From: Phoronis australis | Taxonomy: Eukaryota > Animalia > Phoronida | Assembly: GCA_002633005.1 (NCBI GenBank) | Contig: NMRA01000203.1 | Coordinates: 91,657-155,656 of the forward strand | DNA length: 64,000 nucleotides | Reading direction: 5' to 3' | Shown: in pieces, positions 1 to 45,946 of the stretch | How positions within the stretch are numbered: position 1 is the stretch's first letter | Layout of the letters: each line of letters starts with the position of its first letter | Notes under the pieces: model-generated | What the model saw: only the letters and a program-made list of their open reading frames with translations | Told to the model about the DNA's origin: nothing | The model's database searches: none | Made by a program: the position numbers and the translations under genes

Positions 1-775
1 AACTGAAAGAGCTATCAACAGGCACAAGCGACCAAGTATTACATTCCTACAAATGCACATGTTTCATTCACAGACTACCTCGCTCTTTTTGCAAACTGCA
101 TTTCATTTCCTCGTGTAGTCTATAAATAACTGACTGTCATGTGTTGACAAACTGTTGGTTAGTGGTTGTTTTTAAATAGAGTAACAAGTCTTAAAATTTA
201 TCAAGCAATATTCAGAGGTTACAAGTTTTGTTTTAATTGTCAAATCACGTAACTTAATTGATTGATTTCCTAGCAAACTTGATATAGTCTACCTACAGTA
301 TGATGTTGGCATTTTGTTACCTGGACAATGATGCTACGTTGATTTAACTTATAAAAGGAAAGGAAGATATGAAAAACTACTAATAACATATGACAAAAAA
401 CAATCATGCAAGGTTACATAGTTTTCAGAGGCACAACAATAAAGGACAAGTCATCATGCAATAAAACTTACATAATCACACAAAATGGCCACGTCATTAA
501 GATGATGCACAGTATTTCACACAACAGTAAAACTAAACAATACAACGAGCACAAATCAACTTTTTGCAAATCATCTGATAAAGATTCCAGTATACTTTTC
601 ATGCCACAATTCCAGCTGTAAACAAGTCTAAGAATCAGCATCAGCAGCTCGTGGACACAATCATGTAGAACTACAAAGTGGAACCAAATACATCTAGAGA
701 TGAGTTACGGCTTCAACAACATGGTTAGTGATATGTGATCACAGAAGCAGGAGAGACGAGACCACTGATACTCAC

Positions 776-31973
<31,198 letters not shown>

Positions 31974-33094
31974 CATGCTTAAACTGAAAAAATGAATAAC
32001 AAAATATTAAACTTATTTGTACAGTTTACCTGACCATGTTTTATCTCACCAACAGTCAATTTACACCAATAACCAGTCATCTTGACCACTGTTATAGTAT
32101 GTAACAGCAGGTCATGAATTTTTAAAATACTCTTGAAGAGTAATCACGATCTGACTCGATCATGTATTTGCCTCATTTCTGACATGCACCCCACCTGTGA
32201 AACACAGTGGTTTATTGCCTCACTGCTGGACAGTACAACACTTAACATTTTCCATCAAAAAATAACTTCTGAGTGCTCCTTGAGGATGATAATTCAACAG
32301 GATAAAATGCAGACATGTCAAATATGATCCAATCTAGATAAACAATAGTGAGCAACAAGATGTATCCTAGCATAAACAATACAGAACTCAGGCTCCAAAC
32401 ATTTGTAAGTCATGTCCCCCCACTCCACATTGACATTACTCTAGAACAACTTGCTCTAGAGCATCAGCCAAGCATCCATATTTGCCACCTGACACTTTGT
32501 GACACAACTGCAATTATCAAAATAGAGGTGGATTACTTGCTTTTTTCTTGCTAAGACTTTAAACATTTCTCCGTCTTGTGATCGTGGAATGCAAGTACAA
32601 GAAGGTTTCATGGGGCAATTACAAACCAGTGCCCTCTGTCAAAAAAATTTTGATTTAGGCCAGCTTCCGATACATAATCAGTCTTATCTTGTTCTTTTTC
32701 AAAATAGAAACGATTCCTAGGCTTGAGAAGAATTGCCTGAGGTTATCGTAGCTACAGGGCTGGCTCATAAAGTTGCCAGTCACAGCAGATAAATTGCTTT
32801 TGCTAACACGGTACAGCTATCATGAAAATTCCAGGTGACTTCAATTCAAACACATGATAAGAACCCGATGACCTTACTTAGGAAAAACAAATATGTCTAA
32901 GAAGAAAATTCATGTTTTAGCACAAAAGCATGGTTTATAGTGGCTTTAAGATAACAAAGTGATGAGCCGTGACCACGCCGGCAACAAAATTTTACACAAT
33001 GCAGGTATGTACATCCCTATGATAAAGTAGGGTTTTCATAGTTCATGACGTTGTTGAGCAGGTAAAATTTCATTTACTACGAATTTTTTGTTGT

Positions 33095-33320
33095 GGAGGA
33101 TTCGAATGTTTCCACCCTCATCTAAGGGTCTTCTTTAACGAATGGATTACGCGCGTTTTGTTGACCTAGATCAGCCATAAGCTCATACACCAAGGGGAGC
33201 TGTTGTCCTTGGTCTCTATTCATGGTGGGTTGTCCGCTCTTGTTAAAGACAGCCTCCTTATCATTTTGAGAGAACCAGTGTTCCTCTCTGGCTAGGAACT
33301 GACCATTGTCCCTGTCCACA
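33095..33320 (-). mobile_element. Short Penelope-like 3' remnant (GIY-YIG C-terminus) with decayed hammerhead
   Basis: FLAREEHWF...KEAV...PTMNRDQGQQLPLVY then AAGAAGACCCT-tagatg-AGGGTGGAAAC. Confidence 0.55.
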
Positions 33321-33326
33321 GTATGC

Positions 33327-33565
33327 TAGGCTCGCGCTAGCCACTCGCCACTGGCGAATTCTGACCACCACTGGCAATTGTAGAGATAAGTCCATTTGCC
33401 AACTTGGTGACTGCTTTCACAACTCGACAATAAAAATTAATTTCGGGGAAATCTACTCTAATGTCGACTCAGTCAGCTCGAATCAAGTCATGCTGCCAAC
33501 AACATTCTTACTTCAATTTGGAATCCTACCCTAAAAATAACAAGCAAATGCTCCATTTCATGTCT
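33327..33565 (+). repeat. Dispersed repeat family E copy
   Basis: Begins TAGGCTCGCGCTAGCC; inverted homology with 27720-27954. Confidence 0.6.
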
Positions 33566-35279
33566 GTCACTCCCACGCCACGAGTTTGTTATCTCTTTTT
33601 AAATCAAAATACGTCACATGCAGGGCTTTATCCAGGATTTCCAAAAATAGGGAGTCCAAAATGGGGTTCACAATATTCCAGGGCGTCTATGATTCCAGTG
33701 GCGCGTTACCCCCACATTTCACCAGTAACCCTCCCCCCCCACACACACACACCATATTGAGTTTTTTACAAAAAAAAAATGTGTACACCACGGCTTTTAC
33801 ACCTTAGTTTACAAAAACAGCTCCCTTGTAGTAAGCTTTTTTACTAAAAACAGTGTGGCCCAAAACTTCTATGTCTAAATTTACGAAAACAGCCAAGAAG
33901 CTTACGAAACAAATATTGCAGATATTGGTTGAACAATGAGTGCACTAAGTTTTTAGCGATCTCAAGTCAAATTGCTGTTATGAAGCGTATATCATTTTAG
34001 CTAGCTTTTATATTCTGTACAATAAGCCATCAGAGCTGCAGTTACCAACACAAGAAAAATGCACAGATGATGTGTGGTTTATATTTTGGCAACAGGTGTC
34101 ACTGTTTCTCCATATTAAAACATTAAAACGCACATTGAACAGCATGAAATGTGAGCAAACTCAAAAATTTTAAATAGGTATATTCTTGTGGCATGATATA
34201 GTATTAAACTAATGACATTTATTTTGCTTTTGGTGTTTTTTAACCTTGGTTTGCCTTAGGCATATCACTGGTGACCAGATCAATTGGGTGTGGAAGAGAA
34301 AAAATGTTACTCCCATCATTAAAACGACCAAATGTGATTTGTGAAAAAAACACAAGCGAGGCAGTGGAAATTCCATGCTCCATTAGTTCACAAAGACAAA
34401 GAGAGATACACTCTCAAAAGAATATTATGTTTCTGAATTCCATGTTAGATGTAAACTAGTACCAGTTCTATGAAATCCTATTTCAAACTTTAAAAATAAC
34501 CCTCTTTTCATTCTTGATAATATAATAACAGTATTGTTATGTGTCCACTGCTGCATGGCAAACCATAGTACTTACTAAATAAAGTTCAGGTATAAGGTAG
34601 GACTTTATCCTCAAGTCTATGTATTAGTCACAAAACCACAGATGTTAACTCAGTAAAGGTGTTTATTTTCAGAAGTAGAATGTCAGTAGAATTTGGTTAT
34701 CAACTTTTCACCAATTTCTCTCACATGACCAACCAAGTCTTTTCAGTCAAATTTAACGAGCAAGAAAAGTACATTCATAGCAAAACCCCAACAACAGTAA
34801 CATGGCCAAATTTCGTCTAATACAAATGTTCAAGACCAAATATCAAATGCTGTCAGTTTTCTGAATTGAAGCAACGTTTGAGTATATTTAAAAAAATCAT
34901 GTGTAAGTACTTTTTGATAACCCTCATGCAAAAGTGGAACATCTTATAAAGTTTTTCAAACAGAGAACAGAAGAGTAGTAATTACCGGTATATACCATAG
35001 CATCTCAAAGTTTTACATGAATCTCATGAGTCATTTCTAAGATACGATTTAGCTAAATTTTTTGACATTTTTCTAGGGTCTTGCATAAGTTTAACAATCA
35101 TACAAGATCTTATGTTACTTTCAAGGGATCAAGAAATTCATTGCTAAATTTAATGAGATGTTTCTCTTTGATCTATTCACTAGTCTTCCTTCATAAATGT
35201 ACAATTAACATTTTACCTAACCCAGAGAGACATCCTGTCAATAGTTCCAGGTGTCTGAAGCCTCAAATCAAGGAGTTCA

Positions 35280-35510
35280 GTTAATACTATGGACAGGTTT
35301 TCATAATTTTCAGAGAAATAAATCACTAACTAAACAAAACTAAAATTGCCACTAGGTTGTCCTGCTCTGCTACAGCAAAAACTGGAGTCTTACTCTAATA
35401 CTTTTAACATTCTATTTCAGGATAAATTTCACGAAGATCACGTGAGCAGCAGTAGGGTAGATATGGACACCAACAATTTCTGTTTACCAACAGGGGGCAG
35501 ATGGCCAGTC
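35280..35510 (-). mobile_element. Degenerate family A-like internal fragment
   Basis: AAAATTGCCACTAGGTTG (35342) and CCAACAGGGGGCAG (35487) in a similar unit context. Confidence 0.4.
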
Positions 35511-38289
35511 TTGAACTAATATTCAACTGTCGATGAAAACACTGTTTTGCGCTAAACAATCATTTTCCAATATTTTTTGAACTATGTAGAATTTTGGCTT
35601 AATACCGTTAACAGGTACAAGAACGATTATTCTTTCGTAACCTTGGCCAGATTTTAAGGCCACTCCCCCCTTTCTGGCTACTCTCAAATCTTTGACAGTG
35701 AAGGAAAGTTCTCTTCAGATTCATATATCAACATACCTCTTGTAGGGATCGAACTCTGAGCTGTTTGCCTGCCGTTTGCCTTTTCTTTTTAGTAAACAAT
35801 GGAAGAAACTGAGTTGGGACCGGTACCTTCTGGATGATAAGGGAAAACATAGCATCTTGCTAAACTTGCTAAATTGACATCGATGACTCAACAGTAGACT
35901 GATGAGGAGTGATTGTGTTTTAAGCGCATGTTTATATTGATTTGCAGCATGCCTCATTGAGAGAGACTCTTATTCATGCAAAGGTTCTCTGCTTTCAGCT
36001 GGGACGTCTGTTTCTAAGGTTATCATTCCCAAGAGAATGATTGAATATCTGAATCACAGGAGATAAAACAGCATGAAGTGATAGCTAGCCTTGGATAACT
36101 CAGGGAGTTGACCGGACTTTTCAATGAAAATGTGTAGACACTATGTTTTGTATAGTTTGTAAGTGAATTTTTAGTCAGGCAAGTTCTGTTCAAGTCATGA
36201 TGCACACTCACAATCTGGATGTACAACAAATACGACCAGTTCATCAGGATGTATGTATGCTGTTGCACCATACGACCTGACATTATGGTTGGCGACAGGG
36301 TAAAAATCTCTCAAGTGGCCACGGAGTCGCCACACTCAACCAAGCACACGCTCAAAATGTAACAGAGGTAAACAGACAGTGACAGAATTGCTTGGCAAAA
36401 ACACAATGGCTCGTTGATGACTAATATAGACGTGCCTCGATCTTCTGCTTTTTCGTTAGGTTGGTTGGTCTGCGTAGGATACGAGACCAAAAAGGGGGGA
36501 TTAGCCATTAGCAAAATTGTAAAGGACTCCTAATTTTGCACTTGACTCAAACAAGGTAGCACAGCAGGCGAGGTACAATTCTAATTTGAACACATAAGAC
36601 TTCTAAATTCTTGATAATGACATTCATGCTAATATTGTCAATGCATGTATTGTAGAGTAATGTGTGCACAAAAGTGACTTCCACTTGATCCACACTCAGA
36701 TATGGTGGACAGATTTTCAATTACTACATAATTATTTACTTAAAAGCAAAGGAATAAATTCCACAATCAGATCCTCCCACTGTTTGATTAATTTAAGTTC
36801 CCTAAATCTATTTCATCTTTTTGACACCCGCTAAAATCCAAATTTTCTCCCATTATCAGCAGCAACCACTAGTTTTGTTGCAGATCCTTCTTGCAGTGAG
36901 AAATGTTGTCCTTGTTCATTCATAAACATTTCAAAAGGTTTACCTTTTCCGTAAGGCACAAGTACATCCCACCACACAGCAATAGAAATTTGCCTGCATA
37001 ATAAAAGCAGGTGCTAAACCGTTTAAACCAATAGGTTGAAACCTACCGTCCACATGTCATGTAATCTGTAGGTGACCCTAAACGCCTGTCTATCAAAGAG
37101 CTGATCACCATCTGACGGGACAGTGAATTTAAAAATGGGAGCAGCTATTTCGAAATTAAGCTACAGGGATCATCCAATAGGTCACAATCACTCATACTTA
37201 TGAAGACGTCAGTTGTGATGGAAGTCTTTAAAAGTTTAAGATAGTTTTACTTGTCATGGTCTCTAATTTTTCCATACTTCAAAACTGTTAACATTTTATA
37301 ATATTTATGAACAACAATGCAATTCGAAGTAAGTAAAAATTTTCAAGAACATAATTCACTAGTAGGCCATATTGTGTGCTCGTAACAGGATGTAAAATGT
37401 GACCTTTGAATTATAATTTTTGTTTGGATAACCTACAGTCAAAAAGATGAATCAATAACACACAAGCAGATTCCTTTGGTAAACGTTTGGTATTATGTTC
37501 TCAATTTTATTTGATAATTATTTTACTGCAAAAGGAGTTTGAAAGGAAAAGCAATGACTAGCTGGCGATTTAGCTTGTATTGCACTGCTTAATAATGATG
37601 AAATACCAAGATGATTCCTATAACGAAAGCATTCAAAACCTGAACCTCCAAATGGCACCCTGGAATTCAACATAAAGTTGCGACTTCAGTGGTTTTTTAA
37701 CACGTTTCGACGTTCTGTTGATTAACGCAGGGTTGGCGATAACACCATCGCCATCACTGAAATACACAATGAAATTGAAACGGATGAAATTTTCTGTGAA
37801 CCGGTGAGTCCCCGGAGACGCAATTAATTTCTCGAACGAAAATAAACCTCGGCTAAGTCACAACTTGTTCATTTTTGTATTCAGAGGGTTTTACAACTTC
37901 ATCAGCTGCGACACTTAATGCGTTGTTCACAAGGACACTCTTCATTCTGGATTCCTCCAGCAGTATAACACAGACCATTGATTCAAATGAGAGGAAAATT
38001 CCGACAATTTAATTGGTCAATCCAGTCTCGCGAGACATCACCAGTGACCTGACGATAATTCACAAGACTCATACTAGTCAAACCAATTGCCTTAAAAGGA
38101 ATTTCGTTGGCTGATCCAACGTTTATGGTTACTCCCAGTGAAAAATGCCATGCTGTTCACAACTCCTTACTTTAGCGGCAGTGCGCAACGTTTGTGATTT
38201 CGGTTAGAGTAATTCTGGGACTTTGCACATCCAGTGCTGTCTATGATTTCCTAGGGTTGACCTGCGCATACAACATATTCAGTCATGTG

Positions 38290-39155
38290 GTCTGCCGTCC
38301 AAAGGAAGAATTATTTTACAAACCGAGAGAAGTTCCAGATACAGACATAGACCCAGATTCTGATACGACGAATAATCCAGATCTGCAACGTCATAATGCA
38401 GTCCTGCCAACAAAACGCAAATAAGCATGAAATGAGCAGTGGGCCGGATTTTTGCCGACAACATCAGACATTGGCATTCTTATGAACATTCACTTAACTT
38501 GAAAATAGACAGTTCTTATCCGGAAGAATAAGTTAGTAATAATCCTTAAAATATTGGAAATGATACAGTTGCAAACATTTGAAAATTCAGTTCATAGCTT
38601 TCTAAAAGTATTGGCTTTAACAAGCCTTGCTCTTCCGTCCAAGTAAGTGGAAACGCATGTGAATCGGTTTGTTTACTCAACCTAATTACATATTCAAGAT
38701 GGTGGACAAAACCGTATCAGTATGATGTGCACTCTATCTAATTAGACGAAACTGTTGACTCGTATGATATGCAGTTTGTTTAAGAATTTCCGTAGTTTAG
38801 AGGTTTACCGTTGATGTTCCATCTTTTTGACATCAAATCCAGACAAACATTGCGAGGGTATTGACTACAGGAATGCAGTGCAAGACACCAGACTGAGAGA
38901 AAACATAAGCTCAAATTTCAAGACCATGTATGATAAAAATGCCACCTCCTTTACCAAGACACGTCACTCAGACTGTCTAGTTCCAGGGAAAACAAGACAT
39001 TGCAGCTGAAAACTTTGCCTCTTTTTGGAGTTAATCGACATTGACATCGCTAATATGAAAATCAAAAAATTTTTCAAGTAAAATGTTTTTTCTAACAGTT
39101 TCAAACACGTTTGTATGGCCTTACGTTTTGCAGTCATTGGATAAACAAATTGTCA
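38290..39155 (+). repeat. Dispersed repeat family C copy (probable non-autonomous DNA transposon)
   Basis: AAACCGAGAGAAGTTCCAGATACAGACATAGACCCAGATTCTGATACGACGAATAATCC and GTTTCAAACACGTTTGTA..CATTGGATAAACAAAT match reverse complements at 49939-50000 and 49277-49323. Confidence 0.6.
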
Positions 39156-41209
39156 ATGACACTTTTTATTTCCACTTCACTGTACTATATGATATTAGAT
39201 GGGTAAATACACCACATAGGTCTGCCTGTCAACTGGTTAGAAAACTTATTTAAACATGGACAGGGTACATCCAAAATCTGCTATTCAACCAACACTCATC
39301 TTGTCCAAATTTGGCTAATTTTGGAACATCATATATCAGAAACGGTTTATGACATTTTCAGATATTATGCATAACGCACTGTTCTACAAAACACTGTAAG
39401 AAATTGTTTGTGAAATTTTCCACTTTTTGCATGACGCCTTTTATGATTTTCAGGAGAAAACTTTAAAGTTGCAAAAAATGAGAACAGAATGAATTTTAGA
39501 AAACTGTAACAGTGTTTTTCAGATATCACCTTTAACACTTATATCAACTAATATTTATTCATGTTATTAACACCATTATTTTACAATCAATATACCATTC
39601 TTGTTAGCTAAATTTTAGTAAAAAGATATGGTCACGAGATCCAGTTAATAACAGTTTGCGAAAAAAATCACGATATACAGGCTTTCTACTTTCAGAAAAT
39701 ATGTACTTTTACTGACTTAAAATCTACAGTTTTATTTGGCTTAATACGCACACGTGTCAATAAGGTTCTAAACAACATTAAATGAAAAACAATTACTTTA
39801 ATAAGTCACTTTCTTACACCAATCTCTACGGCTTGTGCAACAAAGAAAATATTGTCGATGACTTGATAACAGTTTTGCAACATTTTCAGGAAATGATGAC
39901 AACTTGTAATGGTAATTTATTATCACCTGTAACCATGACAACTTTTAATGGTAATTTGTTATCACCTATAACCAGTTGTTTTACTCAAGAAACATAGTAG
40001 TTCTAAATGAGTCAGATTTTATTTTGCCAGCTTTTTACTTTTTATTTTATTTATTTAGCTCACACAAGTACTGAAAATACATGAAAAAATCAAATGAAAT
40101 AAAATAAAGAAGAGTACAAGTGGGACCAAGGATAGCACAAGTTAATGTTTTATTTCCATTGTGGTCCACATCTATGTGAGGGGTTGCTTAATGTGGTTTG
40201 TGGTTTGTGTCATGGTTTCTAACCAGACACGACTGTACCATGCATACATGCACTGTACATGTCACTGTTCCTGATTGGATAACTGGTACTACTGGAAGAT
40301 ACCATTATTTATAGTGCTGACAATTCCTCTTGCCTCAAAACATGTAGCTAATGTAACTTGGGCACTATGAACGATGTCTACTACTCAGTGCCGTTTTATG
40401 CCTTGACTATGTCATCTCATATTGATCACATACAGATATGACACATCACATCAGCTTTGCTCACTAGGAAGTGAAACGTGTCAGGGCCCTCGCTTCTCCA
40501 AGAGGAAAGGTCCCTGTGCCTTCCGAGACAGGAATTTTTGTGTTGAAGGAATAATGCCCAAGTCAGAACTTCCCCTGGTCTGCACTCCTCATCAGCAGAG
40601 CCTCAAGAAGTAGCCATAACGTTATGAAGAAGTGATTCGAACCTCGAGAGGAATTTTTTTAATCATTGGAGGTAAATTTGTGGGTCTGATGAGCATTTCA
40701 CATCATTTTTAAATATCATGGGAATGAGGCCAATATTAGGCCCATTAAAAACGTGACCCGTTTCACAGCACCTTGTACTTCATCAACAGTCTCACTATCA
40801 TCAAGCGGCCGGTTCATCAGGAAATTTGATCAGGTGTGGAGAAGAGCAATAAAACACTGGGCAAAATAAAGTGAAACAATATGGACTAAAACTTGTGATT
40901 TTCGAACTGTTTGGCTTCTGAAATTCCATGAAAAAAGCTTAAGTTAGATCAATTTCGCCCGAACAAATGCGATCACAATTAGCCATATAACATACATTAG
41001 GTTTTGGTTCTTAGGTAATATATGATTTTAGGTTTTTGTAATGCAAAATTGAGTCCTGTGCTGTGGTAGGTGACAGCACAGCATAATGTATTTTGTATGA
41101 TGGAAGCTTTACAGCGAATTATGCCACACACTGATTAAATCATCAAAGTCACTTTGCTATAAGAACCTTTTGGGCATAGAAAACCTCCTTAGGAGGCGTT
41201 GATGTCTTT

Positions 41210-41440
41210 AGTTCCTTCCAACTCCACTTTTTTGGTTGCTGTTAACTTTTTTGCCGTGTGCGATAACCACAAAGTATTTCAACTAACGTCAAATGAGTTA
41301 GGCAAGGACAAGCGCGAGATTGAGCGAAGTACGTAACCTGCCATGTGACACTTGCAAAAATTAGCATGGGAAAGTATCAGATGAAATTTGTACGATTTGT
41401 GTCCCTTGGACTTTTTGTTCAACAGTCATGATTTCACGTT
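41210..41440. repeat. Third, more diverged copy of the 43200-44347 foldback arm
   Basis: CTCCACTTTTTTGGTT...GCGATAACCACAAAGTA...GAGTTAGGCAA...ATTTGTGTCCCTTGGACTTTTT is collinear with 44130-44325. Confidence 0.7.
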
Positions 41441-43199
41441 TAACTTAATCAAAGTGGCATCCAGTGAGGGATGCTCGAGCGAAACCACAACATGGATATA
41501 TTCAAATTATGTTGACTAAGTTGTCTCCAGAGTCATGGTAGTGTTACTTATAACTTCAAGTGTATCTATCTGTTTTCTTTGATCTCATTCGCTGTGTTTT
41601 GAGATGAGTAACTTTTTATAGGTGTGCATCATCGCCCCTGTAGGCCTACCACATTCCAGAGCGATGTAATTGCCAAGTCTTTCATTAACATATTCTAGTT
41701 GGTAAACCAACGCTTATACAGGGTTGGAAGTCAGCACAGTTAAAGTGTAGAATCAAGTGCCATGTACAACACATGCATGTTAAATGTTAACCCGCACGCA
41801 TCAAAATTACAATCTTGAGAACACAAAAATACAGCGCATATAGCTGCACGGAAATCAAACCCTTCGAAAGAACTTATTCACTCGAACATTCAACTTTTAT
41901 CTTTTAGCTCGTCACTCCGTCATTTGCATGTTTTAACCTACCGGTGAACTCATGAATTAAAGCACTCACTGAACTCATTGGCTGGCATTCCGTCACTACA
42001 TAACGACTACATAATGACTACAACTACGATTACAAGATGGCAGACAGTTTGATTCGTTGTTATTAGAGAAAAGTAAAAAGAGGCAAAATGTTACAGGTAA
42101 CACCGTTAGTTTGCAGTTTTCTAAACAAGTCAAGGGACCTCAGTAGTAACATACTGAACAAAAATTTTCCTCCAATTCCTTTGGTTTATATCTATTTCAC
42201 TAAGTGGTGAAGAGCCCTCTGGTGGACTTTCAGCTCTGTTTAAGAACTGACAGTATCAAACCAATGCAACTCACATGCTGGATTTCCTTGTAGTTTTTAG
42301 AAAAGGCGGTTTTCAAAGAAATTTGACTAAATGTGGAATGTGCAGCCTTCACAATAGTTTAAAAAATACCTGAATTGCAAAATAATCAGCCCATGTTGTG
42401 TTCTCGTTTCCTGCACAAGAATTAGTAACCCAAAATTAAAGAAATTTGTCGAAGAAAATGACCACCTTTGAAATGGAGACTTCGAAGTCATTTCCGTTTC
42501 TGACATATTATAAGGTCTCCATGGTCAGTCTCGTCTCTAAACCAACCAACCATTCAAGTACAAAGTAGGTCATTAGGTTAAGTGTTGACATCTTTTCACA
42601 AAATACATCAACTTACGGTAGTATACTCAGCGGCACGATAGGGTGGAAAGCAAGGCATGTGTGTGGAAAATGTTGACATTTTTTAATATAATGCAGACTT
42701 CTTTCATTAAATGACTTTTTGTTTTGGTTAGGAACTAGAACTGTATCTTGCTTCATTCAGACATTGCAACTAACACAGGTATGATTTTAATTTGCAACAT
42801 TTGGGCAAAATTGTGGAGCATGCCTGTAAATAGTCGGTAAACCAACCCTTAAAGTAATAGGGTTGGAGGTCCACACAGTCAAAGTTTAGAATCAAGAGCT
42901 GTGCAAAACATATCACACTAGAAGTGCACATCAAATATTAACTGCACGCGTCGAATTTGAGATCGCATGAACACATTTATCTCCAGAATTGATACAGAGA
43001 ATATAACTACACTAAAATTAAGCCCTTTATTCAAAGATTCGACTGTTTACTATTTGTTTGTCACTCCACGATCAGTATTTTTGATTAAATAAAGTGGAGT
43101 AAATGGGTCCCTCTTGAAAATGGCTGCCAGTTTACTCTGAGTAACGGCAATGTCCGTTACTCAGTGAAACTGGTTCCTGGTTCCAGGTGCCATTTTGAG

Positions 43200-44347
43200 G
43201 AATTCACGTGAAATCACACTTGTTGACAAACAAAAAGTCCAAGGGACACAAATCTTACAAATTTCACCTAACATCTCCCCCATGTTATTTTGCAAGTGTC
43301 ACAAGCGTCACGCACTTTGCTCAGTCTCGTGCAAGACTATTTTAAGTGTCATGCGCCAACGTCACGCGCACTTCACCCAGTCTCGCGCTAGTCTTTGCCT
43401 AACTCACGTGACTCAGTTGAACTACTTTGTGGTTATCGTGTGTGCGGTGAAAATGTTAACAGTAACCAAAAAAGTGGAGTTGGAATTCTTTGCCAAAGTC
43501 ACCTTAATTCTGGTGTCAATGCTTCATCAAAGATATGTGTAGAAGCAGAAAGGGCAAAAAGGGCATAAACGCATCCCTCTTCAAAATGGCTAGTGGGAAC
43601 CAGTTTCACTGAATAACGGACATTGCTGCTATTCAGCAAAAACTGATTCTCAGCAGCCATTTTGAAGAAGGATGCGTATACGCCACTTTTACTGCAGAAA
43701 GGATCACTGAAGAAAGTAAGTGTTTTTTCAGTGATAGTTTTAAGTGTAGAGTGTATTTTTGACTAGGTGAACTCGTAATCAGTGAGCGGATTTTGCCTAA
43801 CGTCCGTTTAAAATACACGGGACGAAAATCGTACAGAAAGCGATGGAAAGTAATGTAGCCCCTAACCTGCCAACCAAGGGGCTACGTGTTGCTCCGGGCT
43901 ACAACACTTCCCATCGCTTTCTCTATGAATTTCATCCCGTGTATTTTAAACGCGCGGCAGGCCAAATCCAGCCACCGATTAAGAGTTTTCACCTCGTCAA
44001 AAATACATTCCACACTTAAAACTAACACTTAAAAAAGCGCTTACTTTCTCCAGGGGTCCTTCCTACTTCTACACATTTCTTTGATGAAGCTTAGTTACGA
44101 GAATTAAGGTGACTTTGGCGAAGAATTCCCACTCCCACTTTTTGGTCACCGTTAACTTTTTCACCACACGCGATAACCACAAAGTAAATCAACTGAGTCA
44201 CGTGAGTTAGGCAAAGACTAGCGCGAGACTGGGTGAAGTGCGCGTGACGTTGGCGCATGACACTTAAAATAGCATGTGAAGGTATCAGGTGAAATTTGTA
44301 AGATTTGTGTCCCTTGGACTTTTTATTCCTCAACAAGCGTGAATTCA
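43200..44347. mobile_element. Large palindromic (foldback) element with a nested small palindromic insertion
   Basis: 43200-43553 plus 43700-43860 is the reverse complement of 43896-44347. Left arm is interrupted by a ~140-bp self-complementary insert (43554-43692) flanked by duplicated GCAGAAAG(G). Confidence 0.75.
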
Positions 44348-44705
44348 TGTAACTTCCCCAAAATTGTAGTGAACACCGGAAGTTCCGGATCACTATGCTC
44401 AGAGGTGACAGCCTCGTTTTGGTTATACCGGTAACCCACATGGTTTTTTGGGTTGAGTGTTGGCAGCTGGGAGTCAGTTAAAGACCAGACCTCAACGTAG
44501 AAGAACGTGCTCAACTTCTCAGGACATACACTCCGAAACCCTATAGTCGTCCGCCTAAGCATAAAACCGGCTTGTTGTCTTACTCACCCAATTATTCCAC
44601 TTCAAAGTTATGATCTGAATAGGACTTGATTTAACTCTCACAAATATATAGTATTCGTTGATTCAAACGTTTTCTTTTACTTAAGCCGAGTTGTTCAACT
44701 GTGCA

Positions 44706-45703
44706 NNNNNNNNNNNNNNNNNNNNNNNNNNNNNNNNNNNNNNNNNNNNNNNNNNNNNNNNNNNNNNNNNNNNNNNNNNNNNNNNNNNNNNNNNNNNNNN
44801 NNNNNNNNNNNNNNNNNNNNNNNNNNNNNNNNNNNNNNNNNNNNNNNNNNNNNNNNNNNNNNNNNNNNNNNNNNNNNNNNNNNNNNNNNNNNNNNNNNNN
44901 NNNNNNNNNNNNNNNNNNNNNNNNNNNNNNNNNNNNNNNNNNNNNNNNNNNNNNNNNNNNNNNNNNNNNNNNNNNNNNNNNNNNNNNNNNNNNNNNNNNN
45001 NNNNNNNNNNNNNNNNNNNNNNNNNNNNNNNNNNNNNNNNNNNNNNNNNNNNNNNNNNNNNNNNNNNNNNNNNNNNNNNNNNNNNNNNNNNNNNNNNNNN
45101 NNNNNNNNNNNNNNNNNNNNNNNNNNNNNNNNNNNNNNNNNNNNNNNNNNNNNNNNNNNNNNNNNNNNNNNNNNNNNNNNNNNNNNNNNNNNNNNNNNNN
45201 NNNNNNNNNNNNNNNNNNNNNNNNNNNNNNNNNNNNNNNNNNNNNNNNNNNNNNNNNNNNNNNNNNNNNNNNNNNNNNNNNNNNNNNNNNNNNNNNNNNN
45301 NNNNNNNNNNNNNNNNNNNNNNNNNNNNNNNNNNNNNNNNNNNNNNNNNNNNNNNNNNNNNNNNNNNNNNNNNNNNNNNNNNNNNNNNNNNNNNNNNNNN
45401 NNNNNNNNNNNNNNNNNNNNNNNNNNNNNNNNNNNNNNNNNNNNNNNNNNNNNNNNNNNNNNNNNNNNNNNNNNNNNNNNNNNNNNNNNNNNNNNNNNNN
45501 NNNNNNNNNNNNNNNNNNNNNNNNNNNNNNNNNNNNNNNNNNNNNNNNNNNNNNNNNNNNNNNNNNNNNNNNNNNNNNNNNNNNNNNNNNNNNNNNNNNN
45601 NNNNNNNNNNNNNNNNNNNNNNNNNNNNNNNNNNNNNNNNNNNNNNNNNNNNNNNNNNNNNNNNNNNNNNNNNNNNNNNNNNNNNNNNNNNNNNNNNNNN
45701 NNN
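44706..45703. other. Assembly gap (~1 kb of N)
   Basis: N run. Confidence 0.99.
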
Positions 45704-45946
45704 CTCCATGTGCATATATGCATGTTTCATTTGATTTTGTTTCTAGCATTTTGAAATTGGTAACTTTTTGTGGGGATGTACTATCGCCCCTGTATGCCTG
45801 CGGCATCCAGGGAGATGTAATTGCCTACGTGTTGCCTACTGCTGCCGCTGGCCCCGTTAGGACTTCAGTCAGGTTCAGACGGACGAGAAATCGTGCTGGT
45901 TGTCATATCATTATGTTATATCTCTAGACAAACCAGGATTACTTAC

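Noticed and set aside
43195-44441. Two similar ORFs (115 and 116 aa) on opposite strands
   Set aside because: They are the two arms of the foldback repeat; no recognisable domain.
44631-45927. Five 340-410 aa ORFs in the track
   Set aside because: Artefacts of translating through the ~1 kb N gap.
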